DNA from: an uncultured Parvibaculum sp.
GTDB taxonomy: Bacteria > Pseudomonadota > Alphaproteobacteria > Parvibaculales > Parvibaculaceae
Direction of reading: 5' to 3'
Assembly (NCBI RefSeq): GCF_963975745.1
Contig: NZ_CAXBIB010000007.1
Span: 33,340 to 97,339 of the forward strand
DNA length: 64,000 nucleotides
Below the pieces are notes generated by a model that was not told the origin of the DNA, did no database searches, and was given only the letters and a program-made list of their open reading frames with translations. Shown piece by piece: positions 36,651-47,476 of the stretch. How positions within the stretch are numbered: position 1 is the stretch's first letter; each line of letters begins with the position of its first letter. A program made the position numbers and the translations under genes.

Positions 36651-37732
36651 ACTACCAGACCGCGCTCCGCATCGGAACCCGCGACATTTCGCTCGAATCG
36701 CCGACCTATTTCATCGCCGATCTTGCCGCCAATCACGATGGCGACCTGGGGCGGGCAAAGGATCTGATCTGGCGCGCGAAGGAAGCCGGCGCCGATTGCG
36801 CCAAGTTTCAGCACTTCCTGGCCGAGCGGATCGTCAGCAAGGTCGGTTTCGAAGGATCGGCAAGCCAGGTTTCGCATCAGGCGAAATGGAAGAAGTCTGT
36901 CGTCGAGGTCTACGACCAGTATCACACGCGCCGCGACTGGACGGAGGAACTGCTCGATACCTGCCGGAAGGCGGAGATCGACTTCATGACGACTCCTTAT
37001 GATGCCGAGGCGATCGACATGTTTCGCGAAATCGTGCCGGCCTACAAGATCGGGTCGGGCGACATCACGCATCACGCCGCCATCGCACAGATGGCGAGAA
37101 CCGGCAAACCCATATTGCTGGCATGCGGTGCGGCAACCATGCAGGAGGTCGAGGCAGCCGTCGGCCTGATCCTGCAATACAATGGCGCGCTCTGTCTTAT
37201 GCAATGCAACACCAACTACACCGGCAATCCCGAGAACTTCAAATATGTCAACCTGCGCGTCCTGCAGACCTTTGCTGCCCGCTGGCCGGGCATGGTGTTG
37301 GGTTTTTCCGATCATACGTCCGGCCATTCGGCGGTGCTGGGTGCCGTGACGCTCGGCGCACGCATCGTCGAAAAGCATTTTACGGACGACACCTCACGCG
37401 AGGGACCCGACCATTCCTTTGCACTCGACCCGGTGACATGGCGTGCCATGGTCGACGCAACCCGCGAACTTGAATTGGCCCTCGGCGACGGCATCAAGCG
37501 GATCGAGGCCAACGAGACGGAAACGGTCGTGATCCAGCGTCGGGCGCTGCGGTTGCGGAACGCCTCGCCGGCAGGGACGGTTCTCTCGGAAGATCACCTG
37601 GAGGCCTTGCGGCCTTGTCCCGAAGGTGCCATCCCGCCCAGTGCGATTGCCGGCATTCTGGGAAAGCGCCTGACGACGAAAAAGGAAGCGGGAAAGGAAC
37701 TGCTGTGGAGCGATATCGGACCGCAGTCCTGA
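36647..37732 (+). CDS. NeuB-family nonulosonic acid synthase (NeuB/PseI/SpsE-like) with C-terminal SAF domain
   Basis: YFIADLAANHDGDLGRAKDLIWRAKEAGADCAKFQHF, KIGSGDITH and FSDHTSGH blocks. ATGA overlap with the upstream gene. Confidence 0.85.
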   Translation: MNYQTALRIGTRDISLESPTYFIADLAANHDGDLGRAKDLIWRAKEAGADCAKFQHFLAERIVSKVGFEGSASQVSHQAKWKKSVVEVYDQYHTRRDWTEELLDTCRKAEIDFMTTPYDAEAIDMFREIVPAYKIGSGDITHHAAIAQMARTGKPILLACGAATMQEVEAAVGLILQYNGALCLMQCNTNYTGNPENFKYVNLRVLQTFAARWPGMVLGFSDHTSGHSAVLGAVTLGARIVEKHFTDDTSREGPDHSFALDPVTWRAMVDATRELELALGDGIKRIEANETETVVIQRRALRLRNASPAGTVLSEDHLEALRPCPEGAIPPSAIAGILGKRLTTKKEAGKELLWSDIGPQS

Positions 37733-38388
37733 TCCCGGCCTATCGGGAAGCCGAAACGATTGCAGGCGTCGTCGCCGCGGCCGTCCGACAGGCACGAGTC
37801 ATCGTGATCGATGACTGCTCGCCTGACGACACGGGCGAGATAGCAGCCGCCGCCGGCGCCACCGTGGTCCGCAATACGACGAATCTCGGATATGACGGGT
37901 CTTTGAACCGGGCCTTCGAAAAGGCACAGGAATTGGGTTTCAAGTTTGCCATCACAATGGATGCGGATGGCGAACACGATCCGGCATTGATCGCGAGATT
38001 CCGGGACATTCTCGAAACACAGCATGTACCGCTCGTCCTCGGCGTCAGACCGCGCAAGCAGCGTCTGGCCGAGACGATCATGGGGCTCTATGTCAAGATA
38101 CGTTTCGGCATTGACGACGTACTCTGCGGCATGAAGGGCTATGACCTGCGCCTCCTGTCCGAAAATGGTGGATTCGATCACACCGGCTCGATCGGCACGG
38201 AACTCGCCGTCAATTCGCTTCGGCGGGGCGCTTCATTTCGTCAACTGCCCGTCAACGGCACACCACGCAGGGATGCTCCGCGTTTTGACCGGCGATGGCG
38301 CGCGAACTGGCGCATTCTGGGCGCCTTGGGCCGCCTGATCGGCCAGGACATCACAAAGGCCTGGCACTCGGCATCAACGCCGGTGTGA
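37705..38388 (+). CDS. family-2 glycosyltransferase
   Basis: AVLIPAYREAETI...VIVIDDCSPDDT...MDADGEHD (DxD-type). The ORF-track start (TTG 37615) lies deep inside neuB-like. I use the in-frame GTG at 37705, but the start is uncertain. Confidence 0.7.
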   Translation: MERYRTAVLIPAYREAETIAGVVAAAVRQARVIVIDDCSPDDTGEIAAAAGATVVRNTTNLGYDGSLNRAFEKAQELGFKFAITMDADGEHDPALIARFRDILETQHVPLVLGVRPRKQRLAETIMGLYVKIRFGIDDVLCGMKGYDLRLLSENGGFDHTGSIGTELAVNSLRRGASFRQLPVNGTPRRDAPRFDRRWRANWRILGALGRLIGQDITKAWHSASTPV

Positions 38389-38691
38389 CGCCGTCCGGCG
38401 CACCCTCGTCCGGAAAATTGACTGCACCCTGACGCTCGCCGCCGATCTTCCGGCAGATTCCGCATCAATGTTTCACGGTTGTGCCCGATTTCGCGGCAGG
38501 CGGACCGGTCGCCAATGCCGATCCAGTTCGTCAACAAATCCTTACCCACAAGATCGAACTTGGTTAAGCGCGCTTTATCGCATGATCGCCAATCATGCGC
38601 CGGGGAAAGACATATCTGAGCGTCCGCCAACTTATGCAGCCCATCATCTCAGGCTGCAACTCGTTCCATGCGGACAGAGGGGGATAAATCG

Positions 38692-41310
38692 ATGACACCG
38701 GAAATCCGGCAGCATGTGCAGAGCTCCTTTGCAGCCGTGGCGCCGATCGCGGACCAGGCGGCGGAGCTCTTTTACGGTCGCTTGTTCGAAACCGCGCCCG
38801 AGCTCCGGCCGCTCTTCAAGGGTGACCTGAAGGAACAGGGCCGCAAGCTGATGAAAATGCTCGCATTGGCGGTCAACGGCCTGAACGATCTCGATCGTCT
38901 GGTACCTGTTGTCGAAGAACTTGGACGCCGGCACGCCGGATACGGCGTCAAGCCGGCGGATTACACGGCCGTCGGCAACGCGCTTCTCTGGACACTCGAG
39001 AAGGGGCTGGGGGAGAAATTCACACCCGACGTTCGTGCTGCCTGGGCCGCGGTCTACGAATTGCTGTCGAGCGTCATGATCAAGGCCTCGCATTCACACC
39101 CATCAACCAATGTTGCCACTCGACCAGAACCAGAGAAGAAAACGATGCACAATATGATACATCGCTTCAAGAATATGTCTCTTGCCGTCAAGATTCCGGG
39201 CCTCGTCGCAACGGCCGCATTGCTGTCGGTCGTCGCAGTCGGAACGATGAGTTATTTTCAAGCGGCAGACGCATTGCATGTCGAAGCCGAAGTTCGATAC
39301 GAGGCACTTGCCCAGGCCCGGGCAGATGCCCTTCAGTCCTACCTTGGCAGCATACGGGAAGATCTTGCCGTTACAGCGACCAGCAGTACGGTCGCCGATG
39401 CACTCGTCGCATTCGACCAGGGCTTCCGCGAGATCAACCGGGACGGCCGCGGTACGCAGGTCCTGCAGGACCTCTATATTCAGGCGAACCCCCATCCGAC
39501 AGGCGAGAAACACAAGCTCGATCAGGCCGCCGACGGCTCAGCCTACAGCATCGCACACGGTGCCTATCATCCCTGGTTCCGTCAGTTCACTGAGTTGCGC
39601 GGCTACTATGACGTCTTCCTGATCTCACGCGGCGGCGACATCGTCTATTCGACTTTCAAGGAACTTGATTTCGGAACGAATCTGAAGTCCGGCGAGTGGA
39701 AGACGAGCGATCTCGCCACGGTTTTCAATACCGTGAGCAATGGCGCCACGGCCGGCAAGATCGCCTTTGTCGACTTTGCACCTTACGCCCCGAGCAACGG
39801 CGCCGCGGCCAGCTTCATCGCCACGCCGGTCATGCGCAATGGCCGCCTCCTCGGCGTGCTCGCCTTCCAGATGCCGATCGAGCGCATCAATGCCGTCATG
39901 CAGTCATCCGCAGGCATGGGCGAAAGCGGCGAGACCTATCTGGTCGGCGGCGACTATCTGATGCGCAGCGACTCCCGTTTCTCGGAGACCTCGACGATTC
40001 TCGAAACCAGGATCGAGGGCGAGACGGTCAAGGCTGCGCTGGCCGGCGAAAGCGGCATCAGGGACATTCTCGACTATCGGGGCGTCCCGGTACTCTCGGC
40101 ATATCGTCCTTTCGATTTCGAGGGCGTTCGCTGGGCGGTCATTGGCGAGATCGACATTGAAGAGATGATGATTCCGGCCAACAGGATGCGGAACAATGCC
40201 GCGCTCATCGGCCTTGGCGTACTGGTCATACTCGCCGCCTTCGGTCTGTTCGTTGCCCGCGGCATTACACGGCCGATCACCGCCATGACCGATGCCATGA
40301 ACGTGCTGGCAGGCGGCAATCACGCAGTCGAGATCCCGGCGACGGAGCGCGGCGATGAAGTGGGTCTTATGGCCAGGGCCGTACTTGTGTTCAAGGAAAA
40401 TATGATCCGGGCGAAAGAGCTCGCCGAAAAGGAAGCGGCCGCTCAGGAGCAGCGCGAGCGCCGGGCACGCATCATCGACGATCTCACCCGCTCGTTCGAC
40501 AGCGATGTCAGCGCGGTCCTGAAAACGGTCGCATCGGCCGCCACCGAACTGCAGGCCACGTCGCAGAACATGTCGGCGATCGCCGAGGAAACCTCGCGTC
40601 AGGCCGTTGCCGTCGCCGGCGCGTCCGACCAGGCCTCGGGCAATGTGCAGACTGTCGCCTCCGCAACCGAAGAGCTCTCCTCGACCGTTGCGGAAATCGG
40701 CCGACAGGTCACCCAGTCGGCCGAGATTGCCGCCCTGGCGGTCAGCGAAGTCACGCAAACCAACGATACGGTGAAGAGCCTCGCCGAGGCCGCACGGCGG
40801 ATCGGCGATGTGGTCCAGCTGATCAACGACATCGCCGCGCAGACCAACCTGCTGGCGCTCAACGCAACGATCGAGGCGGCACGCGCCGGAGAAGCCGGCA
40901 AGGGCTTCGCGGTCGTCGCCTCCGAGGTGAAATCCCTCGCCAACCAGACCGCTCAGGCGACCGAGGGCATTACCGCGCAGGTCGATGCCATTCAGAACGC
41001 GACCGAGGGCGCCGTGACGGCCATGGGCAGCATTGGCGAGATCGTCGGCCGCGTTGCTGAAATCGCAACAACCATTGCCTCGGCTGTCGAAGAGCAGCAG
41101 GCGGCAACGCAGGAAATCGCGCGCAATGTCCAGCAGGCCGCACAGGGCACGCAGGAGGTGACGCTCAACATTGCCGGCGTGACGGAGGCCGCGGGGTCGA
41201 CCGGTGTCGCGACCGGCCAGGTCCTGAGTGCCGCGAATGAACTGTCGCAGCAGTCGGAAAGCCTGAGCGCCAGGGTCGATTCCTTCCTGAGCTCCATCAA
41301 GGCCGCCTGA
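38692..41310 (+). CDS. methyl-accepting chemotaxis protein with N-terminal globin domain, periplasmic Cache-type domain, HAMP and MCP signalling domain
   Basis: Domains, in order:
- ATG at 38692 preceded by GAGGGGG.
- Globin block [28 protein letters not shown]...[15 protein letters not shown].
- TM1 [16 protein letters not shown].
- Cache-like [27 protein letters not shown].
- TM2 [19 protein letters not shown].
- HAMP.
- Highly conserved MCP hairpin [31 protein letters not shown]. Confidence 0.85.
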   Translation: MTPEIRQHVQSSFAAVAPIADQAAELFYGRLFETAPELRPLFKGDLKEQGRKLMKMLALAVNGLNDLDRLVPVVEELGRRHAGYGVKPADYTAVGNALLWTLEKGLGEKFTPDVRAAWAAVYELLSSVMIKASHSHPSTNVATRPEPEKKTMHNMIHRFKNMSLAVKIPGLVATAALLSVVAVGTMSYFQAADALHVEAEVRYEALAQARADALQSYLGSIREDLAVTATSSTVADALVAFDQGFREINRDGRGTQVLQDLYIQANPHPTGEKHKLDQAADGSAYSIAHGAYHPWFRQFTELRGYYDVFLISRGGDIVYSTFKELDFGTNLKSGEWKTSDLATVFNTVSNGATAGKIAFVDFAPYAPSNGAAASFIATPVMRNGRLLGVLAFQMPIERINAVMQSSAGMGESGETYLVGGDYLMRSDSRFSETSTILETRIEGETVKAALAGESGIRDILDYRGVPVLSAYRPFDFEGVRWAVIGEIDIEEMMIPANRMRNNAALIGLGVLVILAAFGLFVARGITRPITAMTDAMNVLAGGNHAVEIPATERGDEVGLMARAVLVFKENMIRAKELAEKEAAAQEQRERRARIIDDLTRSFDSDVSAVLKTVASAATELQATSQNMSAIAEETSRQAVAVAGASDQASGNVQTVASATEELSSTVAEIGRQVTQSAEIAALAVSEVTQTNDTVKSLAEAARRIGDVVQLINDIAAQTNLLALNATIEAARAGEAGKGFAVVASEVKSLANQTAQATEGITAQVDAIQNATEGAVTAMGSIGEIVGRVAEIATTIASAVEEQQAATQEIARNVQQAAQGTQEVTLNIAGVTEAAGSTGVATGQVLSAANELSQQSESLSARVDSFLSSIKAA

Positions 41311-41345
41311 TCCGTCCAAGAGACGAAGACGATTGCATTCGATTG

Positions 41346-41369
41346 CGGGGTCCGGCACGCCGGACCCCG
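41346..41369. terminator. GC hairpin between convergent genes (CGGGGTCCGG-CACG-CCGGACCCCG)
   Basis: Read directly, 36 nt after the MCP stop. No strong U-tract. Confidence 0.4.
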
Positions 41370-41446
41370 TGACCGCATGAGGGCGGCTTCGGCCAGATAC
41401 ATCGGAAACGCCCGCATCCAGATGCTCGTGGCAAACGAACCGGATG

Positions 41447-42316
41447 CTAAGGACGAAAGGTCTCGCCGCAAGTGCGGCTTGCGTCGTCCGGAAGCGCCCA
41501 TTCGCGCCAGGGCAACGCCAGGCGGTCCATCTGTACGGCAAGGCTGACGGTGTTATCGGGCGTGCTGCAGACATCGGCGCCACCTTCGACGAACAGGCGC
41601 AAGGTCGTCAGATGGTCCGGACGCCGCGGCGCATCGTCAGGCGCATACTCGTAGCCCTGCAACGCCGCAACGGCAGGGCGCAACGGCCATGGGTCGATGC
41701 CACTCTCCAGGCGGAATTCGGCATAGAGAGCGATCGCGGCGGCATCGCCGCCGCGCGCCGCATCACGCATCAGTCGCTCATCCGGCATGAGTCCCGCCGC
41801 CAGCAGACGGCGCAGCGCCGCCAGCCGATCGGCATCGCCGCCCGGCGCCACGGGACGGCCTTCGTGATCGAGACCGAACCAGTACTGCACCGCATCGAGG
41901 CCGCACCATGTCGGTTCGGCCAGTATATCCGGATGCATTTCGATCAGCGTTTCGCGATCCGCCGGAGAAGCTGTCGCAATCCTCGCAAAGAAGTCGGCCG
42001 ACTGCTCGCAACGTCTCTGTTCGAGAAACTTCAACCCGCCCCAGATACCCGCACCGCCAAAGGCAATGGCCAAAACCATCGCCGGCAGGATGCCTGACGG
42101 CCGAATTCCGTCACGCAGGACAATCCAGGCGCACAGGCAAAGCACCAGGACGGCCCAGACACCGAGCACGGCAACGCCATAGAGCGCCAGCGAAAGCCCA
42201 TCCCAACCCGTCACCAAATACTCACCCGCCACAAACAGGACACCGGCGACAAGCAGGAGCGGGATCGAGATGGAAAGCAGGATCAGAAGATCCCGCGGTA
42301 TTGATCGGCCCTGCAT
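41447..42316 (-). CDS. hypothetical membrane protein
   Basis: Four hydrophobic segments at the N-terminus (LLILLSISIPLLLVAGVLFVAG...). I prefer the ATG at 42316 (MQGRSIP) after GGGAG. The soluble C-terminal part has faint ankyrin-like LxxGADV strings. Confidence 0.5.
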   Translation of the reverse strand: MQGRSIPRDLLILLSISIPLLLVAGVLFVAGEYLVTGWDGLSLALYGVAVLGVWAVLVLCLCAWIVLRDGIRPSGILPAMVLAIAFGGAGIWGGLKFLEQRRCEQSADFFARIATASPADRETLIEMHPDILAEPTWCGLDAVQYWFGLDHEGRPVAPGGDADRLAALRRLLAAGLMPDERLMRDAARGGDAAAIALYAEFRLESGIDPWPLRPAVAALQGYEYAPDDAPRRPDHLTTLRLFVEGGADVCSTPDNTVSLAVQMDRLALPWREWALPDDASRTCGETFRP

Positions 42317-42458
42317 GACTCCCTGCCCCCCGCCCCATTTTCGATGCAGATCTATAACAGCCATCCTGATCGGTGGTCCATTGCGACGCTGGCGTTATCC
42401 AGGGCAGCCTGAGGGCTAGGAACGAGCAGCTGTGCCGCGAGAAGATCCCCCATCTCGC

Positions 42459-42917
42459 TCAACTGGCGCGGTCCGGCACGACAAGCTGGACGTCGCCGTC
42501 AAAGGCAAGCCGCGCTGCCACCATGCGATTCCGCCGGACAAGGAATGCGGCGACCAGAACGCCGAAAAGAGTTCCAACAAGAATCCCAAGCCCGTTCGCC
42601 GCAAGATCGCCAAAGGAGGCCGAGCGTGTCGGAAAGAAAGCCTGGACAAGCTCGATCGCGCCACTCATCAGAAAGAGGGCGGAGGCCGCGGCAAGCCGTG
42701 ACGCGAAGCGCAGAAGCAGCGGCGGCGCAAAGACCGCCAGAAGCGCCCAGGCCGAGAAATGCACGAGCTTGTCGGCATGAGCCAGCGGGATATGAAAGGA
42801 TGACGGCCCGAGATTGGGCAGCAACGAGCCGGCGAGAACGGCGAGCCCGAGAGCAAGCCAGATCAGCGCAAGCGCCACCCGGATGCGGCGAAGTATGTGG
42901 GGATCGCTAAGGGACAT
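42459..42917 (-). CDS. VanZ-like family membrane protein
   Basis: DKLVHFSAWALL and AIELVQAFFPTRSASFGDLAANGLGIL resemble the VanZ family signature. The start at 42917 (MSLSDPH) avoids overlapping manC. Confidence 0.6.
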   Translation of the reverse strand: MSLSDPHILRRIRVALALIWLALGLAVLAGSLLPNLGPSSFHIPLAHADKLVHFSAWALLAVFAPPLLLRFASRLAAASALFLMSGAIELVQAFFPTRSASFGDLAANGLGILVGTLFGVLVAAFLVRRNRMVAARLAFDGDVQLVVPDRAS

Positions 42918-43012
42918 TGAGAGACTTCTCGTGACGGCATCGTGCCGGGACAAATGATCGAGACCGTTCCGGCCGGGCGACATGCCACCCGACACAATAC
43001 CGGGCGAGCGTC

Positions 43013-44458
43013 TCACTCCGCCGCCGGCTCCTTGATGTCGCGGCCATAGACGTCGTCAAAACGAACGATATCGTCCTCGCCGAGATAGGCGCCCGACTGC
43101 ACCTCGATGATCGAGAGCGGCTCGGTACTGGGATTCTCGAGCCGGTGCTTCGTCCCGAGCGGAATATAGACCGACTGGTTCTCTTCAAGCATCCGGACCT
43201 CGTCGCCAACCGTCACCTGCGCCCGGCCCTTGACGACAACCCAGTGCTCGGCGCGCTGATGGTGCAGCTGCAGGGAAAGTGCTGCGCCCGGATGCACCAT
43301 CAGATGCTTGACCTGATGTCGCGCGCCAGCGTCAAGGCTCTCATAATAACCCCAGGGCCGATGAACGCGACGATGCGCATTGTGCTCGTTACGGCCGGCA
43401 CCGGCAATCCGTTCGACGATCCTCTTGACGTCCTGCACGCGGTCGCGTGCGGCAACCAGAAGTACGTCGCCGGTCTCGACAATAACGAGATTTTCGACGC
43501 CGAGCGTCGCGACAAGCCCGGACTCCGCCCGGATATAGCTGCCCTCTGTATCCTCGACAATCACATCGCCGACCGTGACATTGCCGTCCTTGTCCTTCGC
43601 GCCGATCTCCCATAGCGCGCCCCATGAACCGATATCGCTCCAGCCCATGTCGACCGGAATGACTGCGGCGGCGTCCGTATGCTCCATCACCGCATAGTCG
43701 ATCGAATCGGACGGACAGGCGGAAAAGGCATCGGCATCGAGGCGCAGGAAATCGAGATCCTGCGCCGCCTTTGCGACGGCATCGACCGCATGCGCCGCGA
43801 TCTCGGGACAATAGAGCCGCATCTCCTCAAGCAGACGGTCAGCGCGGAACATGAAGATGCCCGCATTCCAGTCATAGCCGCCCTCGGCGAGATAACCCTC
43901 GGCCGTGGCGCGGTCGGGTTTCTCGACGAAACGCGCGACCGAATAGCCCGCACCGCCGGCTAGCGCTTCGCCGCGCTTGATATAGCCATAGCCGGTCTCG
44001 GGCCCTGAGGGGACCACGCCGAACGTGACGAGCCGGCCCTCGGCCGCAAGACGCGCGCCAGCCGCAACAGCGCCGTGAAAGGCCTCGACATTGCCAATGT
44101 GATGATCGGCCGGCAGCAGCAGCACTACGCCCTGCGGATTGCGGGCGCGAACAAAGGCAGCGGCGGCGGCTGCCGCCGGCGCCGTGTTGCGGCCCTCGGG
44201 TTCAAGGATATGGGCGAGCGCCCGGAGGCCGGCCTCCTGGAGCTGTTGCGCAATGATGAAGCGCTGCGCGTCATTGGAGATGATGATCGGCGCGGCAAAC
44301 CCGGCCCGGCCGTCGACCCGCAACGCGGTCTCGATCAGCATGGCGCGCTCGGAAACCAGCGGCAGCAGCTGCTTGGGATAGAGAGCGCGCGAAGTCGGCC
44401 AGAGACGCGAGCCGACGCCACCGGAAAGGATCACCGGATAGATGGTGACGCTGCTCAT
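43013..44458 (-). CDS. manC: mannose-1-phosphate guanylyltransferase / mannose-6-phosphate isomerase (type II PMI-GMP)
   Basis: YPVILSGGVGSRLWPTSR nucleotidyltransferase motif and a C-terminal cupin (HRPWGYYESL...HHQRAEHWVVVKG). ATG at 44458 (MSSVTIY). Confidence 0.9.
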   Translation of the reverse strand: MSSVTIYPVILSGGVGSRLWPTSRALYPKQLLPLVSERAMLIETALRVDGRAGFAAPIIISNDAQRFIIAQQLQEAGLRALAHILEPEGRNTAPAAAAAAAFVRARNPQGVVLLLPADHHIGNVEAFHGAVAAGARLAAEGRLVTFGVVPSGPETGYGYIKRGEALAGGAGYSVARFVEKPDRATAEGYLAEGGYDWNAGIFMFRADRLLEEMRLYCPEIAAHAVDAVAKAAQDLDFLRLDADAFSACPSDSIDYAVMEHTDAAAVIPVDMGWSDIGSWGALWEIGAKDKDGNVTVGDVIVEDTEGSYIRAESGLVATLGVENLVIVETGDVLLVAARDRVQDVKRIVERIAGAGRNEHNAHRRVHRPWGYYESLDAGARHQVKHLMVHPGAALSLQLHHQRAEHWVVVKGRAQVTVGDEVRMLEENQSVYIPLGTKHRLENPSTEPLSIIEVQSGAYLGEDDIVRFDDVYGRDIKEPAAE

Positions 44459-44594
44459 CGTCGATGTCTCCGCCTCTTGTTCCAGCCTCGTCACGCAACG
44501 CACGCATGTGCTGGGGCCATCCAGCCTTCACGGCAATGCTAACGACGCCGCAGAAGACGATCCAGACAAAGACCGGCCAAGGGTTAACGCCTGC

Positions 44595-45668
44595 TCAGGC
44601 GCGCAGCCCGCCATTGACGGCAACACTGTCGGAAACGCGCCGCATATCGGCCTCGACCATCTCGGCCACCAGCTCGACAAAGCTGGTCTTGTGAACCCAG
44701 CCGAGCTCGTCGCGTGCCTTGGCGGCATTGCCAACCAGCGAATTGACTTCGGCAGGACGGTAGAAGGAGGGGTCGACCTCGATCAGCGTCTGTCCGGACT
44801 TCCGGTCGATACCCTTTTCCTCCAGGCCCGAACCGTCCCATTCGATGGGGCGGCCGACGGCCTCGAAAGCCAGCTGGACGAAATCGCGCACCGAATGCTC
44901 CTCGCCCGTGGCCAGCACATAATCGTCGGCGCGGTCCTTCTGCAGCATCAGCCACATGCCTTCGACATAGTCGCGCGCATGGCCCCAGTCGCGGCGCGAA
45001 TTGATGTTGCCGAGATAGAGCTTGTCCTGAAGGCCATGATGAATGGCCGCCGCAGCGCGCGTGATCTTGCGACTGACAAAGGTTTCGCCACGATTGGGGC
45101 CCTCATGATTGAAGAGGATTCCGTTCGAGGCGTGAAAACCGTAAGCCTCGCGATAATTGACGACGGTCTGGAAAGCGAAATGCTTCGAAATGGCATAGGG
45201 GCTGCGCGGCCGGAATGGCGTTGTCTCGCTTTGCGGCGTTTCCTGCACATTGCCGAAAAGCTCCGAGGTCGACGCCTGGTAGAAGCGAATGCTCTCGCCC
45301 ATATCGAGCAGGCGGATCGCTTCAAGAAGCCGAAGGACCCCTGTCGCATTGACGTCGGTTGTGTATTCGGGTTTGTCGAAACTGACTTTCACGTGACTCT
45401 GTGCAGCCAGATTGTAGACCTCGTCGGGCTTCACTTCCTTCAGGACACGGAAGAGGCTCGAACCGTCGGTCATGTCGCCGAAATGCATCCGGAGCTTCGA
45501 ATCGACACCGCGCTCCTCGCCATAGAGATGCTGAATCCGGTCGGTATTGAACGAGGAGGAGCGGCGCATCAGGCCATGCACTTCATAACCCTTTTCGACC
45601 AGCAGGTCGGCCAGATAGCTGCCATCCTGGCCTGTAATGCCCGTGATTAACGCGACCCGCTTGGTCAT
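44595..45668 (-). CDS. gmd: GDP-mannose 4,6-dehydratase
   Basis: [32 protein letters not shown]...[10 protein letters not shown]. The ATG at 45668 gives 357 aa. The ORF-track N-terminal extension is low-complexity. Confidence 0.9.
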   Translation of the reverse strand: MTKRVALITGITGQDGSYLADLLVEKGYEVHGLMRRSSSFNTDRIQHLYGEERGVDSKLRMHFGDMTDGSSLFRVLKEVKPDEVYNLAAQSHVKVSFDKPEYTTDVNATGVLRLLEAIRLLDMGESIRFYQASTSELFGNVQETPQSETTPFRPRSPYAISKHFAFQTVVNYREAYGFHASNGILFNHEGPNRGETFVSRKITRAAAAIHHGLQDKLYLGNINSRRDWGHARDYVEGMWLMLQKDRADDYVLATGEEHSVRDFVQLAFEAVGRPIEWDGSGLEEKGIDRKSGQTLIEVDPSFYRPAEVNSLVGNAAKARDELGWVHKTSFVELVAEMVEADMRRVSDSVAVNGGLRA

Positions 45669-45926
45669 GCCCGACTTTCTCCCGCACTTGCCGATCAATG
45701 CCGGCCCCGATCGATGGATCGGGATTGGATGGACTGAATGAATGGACTGGTGACGCTGCGCCCGGCCCGTAACGGCCTCTAGATACATGGATTTTGCCGG
45801 AACGGGAACAGGGGCCGGAGCTTCGGCTTGCAGCCGGCCGCGACCCGTGCCAGAAGTGGGCCGGGATTTCAAAAATAGCCACTGTTATTAACGACTTAGA
45901 CGACACCCCTCGCGGATCAGCCACCC

Positions 45927-46805
45927 ATGCCCCAGATGCCCCGCAAAGCCGTTTTCCCGGTCGCCGGTCTCGGCACCCGCTTCCTGCCCGCAACCAAGGC
46001 AGTGCCGAAGGAAATGCTGACCGTGGTCGACAAGCCGGTGATCCAGTATGCCGTCGAGGAGGCGGCCGAGGCCGGCATCGAGCACTTCATCTTTGTGACG
46101 GGTCGCGGCAAGGGAGCGATCGAGGATCATTTCGACATCGCCTATGAGCTCGAGGCGACCTTGAAGGCGCGCGGCAAGACGGCCGAAATCGCGCAGCTTG
46201 AGGCAAGCCGACCGGCCGCCGGCACGGCAAGCTTCGTCCGCCAGCAGGAACCGCTGGGCCTTGGACACGCCGTCTGGTGCGCGCGCGACATTGTCGGCAA
46301 CGAGCCCTTCGTCCTGGCGCTGCCCGACATGCTGATCCTTAGCCCCCGCGGCTGCTTTGCCCAGATGATGGATGTCTATCGCGCCCATGGCGGCAATGTG
46401 ATCGCGGTCGAGGAAGTCCCGCATGAGCATGTCCATCGCTACGGTGTCGTGGCGCTGGAACAGAAGCTCGACGAGAGGACCCACCGGATCGCCGGCATGG
46501 TCGAAAAGCCCAAGCGCGAAGAGGCGCCGTCCAATCTGATCATTTCCGGACGCTATATCCTGCAGCCTGAAATATTCGCCCGGCTCGAAACCCAGAAGCC
46601 CGGCGCCGGTGGCGAAATCCAGCTGACCGACGCGATGATTGCACTGGTGGCCGAACAGGCCTTCCATGCCTACCGCTTCGAGGGCACGACCTATGATTGT
46701 GGCGACAAGATCGGTTTCCTGGCGGCCAATGTGGCGCTCGCCCTGTCGCGCCCCGACATCGAACCGGCATTCAGACCGCTCCTGGAGCGCCTGATCGGGC
46801 GCTGA
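45927..46805 (+). CDS. galU: UTP-glucose-1-phosphate uridylyltransferase
   Basis: [35 protein letters not shown] is the GalU signature. Confidence 0.9.
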   Translation: MPQMPRKAVFPVAGLGTRFLPATKAVPKEMLTVVDKPVIQYAVEEAAEAGIEHFIFVTGRGKGAIEDHFDIAYELEATLKARGKTAEIAQLEASRPAAGTASFVRQQEPLGLGHAVWCARDIVGNEPFVLALPDMLILSPRGCFAQMMDVYRAHGGNVIAVEEVPHEHVHRYGVVALEQKLDERTHRIAGMVEKPKREEAPSNLIISGRYILQPEIFARLETQKPGAGGEIQLTDAMIALVAEQAFHAYRFEGTTYDCGDKIGFLAANVALALSRPDIEPAFRPLLERLIGR

Positions 46806-46866
46806 GATCGGGGGTTTTTCCCGTCTATAAAAAGGCCGGGGGAAGAAGGAAGGGAAAAAGCGAGGC

Positions 46867-47436
46867 ATGCTCGAAATCGAGGAAACCGCCATCCCCGGCG
46901 TCCGTATCGTCAAGCCGCGCCGCTTCGGCGATGCGCGCGGCTATTTTTCCGAGACCTTCAACCGGCGCGCCATGACGGCAGCCGGCATCGACATCGACTT
47001 CATTCAGGACAATGAGTCGCTCTCGGCCGCACCCGGTACGATCCGGGCTCTTCATTTCCAGGCACCGGATTTCGCACAAACCAAGCTGGTGCGCGTCCTG
47101 ACCGGCGCGGTCCTCGACGTGGCCGTCGATATCAGGCGCGGATCGCCGACCTATGGGCATCATGTCGCCGTGACGCTGAGCGCCGAGGATGGACGGCAAC
47201 TCCTGGTGCCCAGAGGCTTCGCCCATGGATTCTGCACGCTTGTGCCGGATACCCGCGTATTTTACAAAGTGGACGCGTATTACTCGCAATCGCATGATGC
47301 GGGGATAATATGGAATGACCCCGATATTGCGATCGACTGGCCGGTCGCGCCGGACAAGGCCACATTGTCGGAAAAGGACATGCGGCTTCCGCGTCTGGCC
47401 AACATGACATCGCCTTTCGTCTATGGCACGGATTGA
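46867..47436 (+). CDS. rmlC: dTDP-4-dehydrorhamnose 3,5-epimerase
   Basis: [19 protein letters not shown] and GFAHGF blocks; 189 aa. Confidence 0.9.
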   Translation: MLEIEETAIPGVRIVKPRRFGDARGYFSETFNRRAMTAAGIDIDFIQDNESLSAAPGTIRALHFQAPDFAQTKLVRVLTGAVLDVAVDIRRGSPTYGHHVAVTLSAEDGRQLLVPRGFAHGFCTLVPDTRVFYKVDAYYSQSHDAGIIWNDPDIAIDWPVAPDKATLSEKDMRLPRLANMTSPFVYGTD

Positions 47437-47476
47437 ACGGGGCAAAAGCAGGCGAGAGACCAAGGGGGATTGTTCG

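Noticed and set aside
41447-42316. Ankyrin-repeat annotation for the membrane protein
   Set aside because: Only two weak LxxGADV-like strings are present, with no full 33-residue repeat pattern. It is left as hypothetical.
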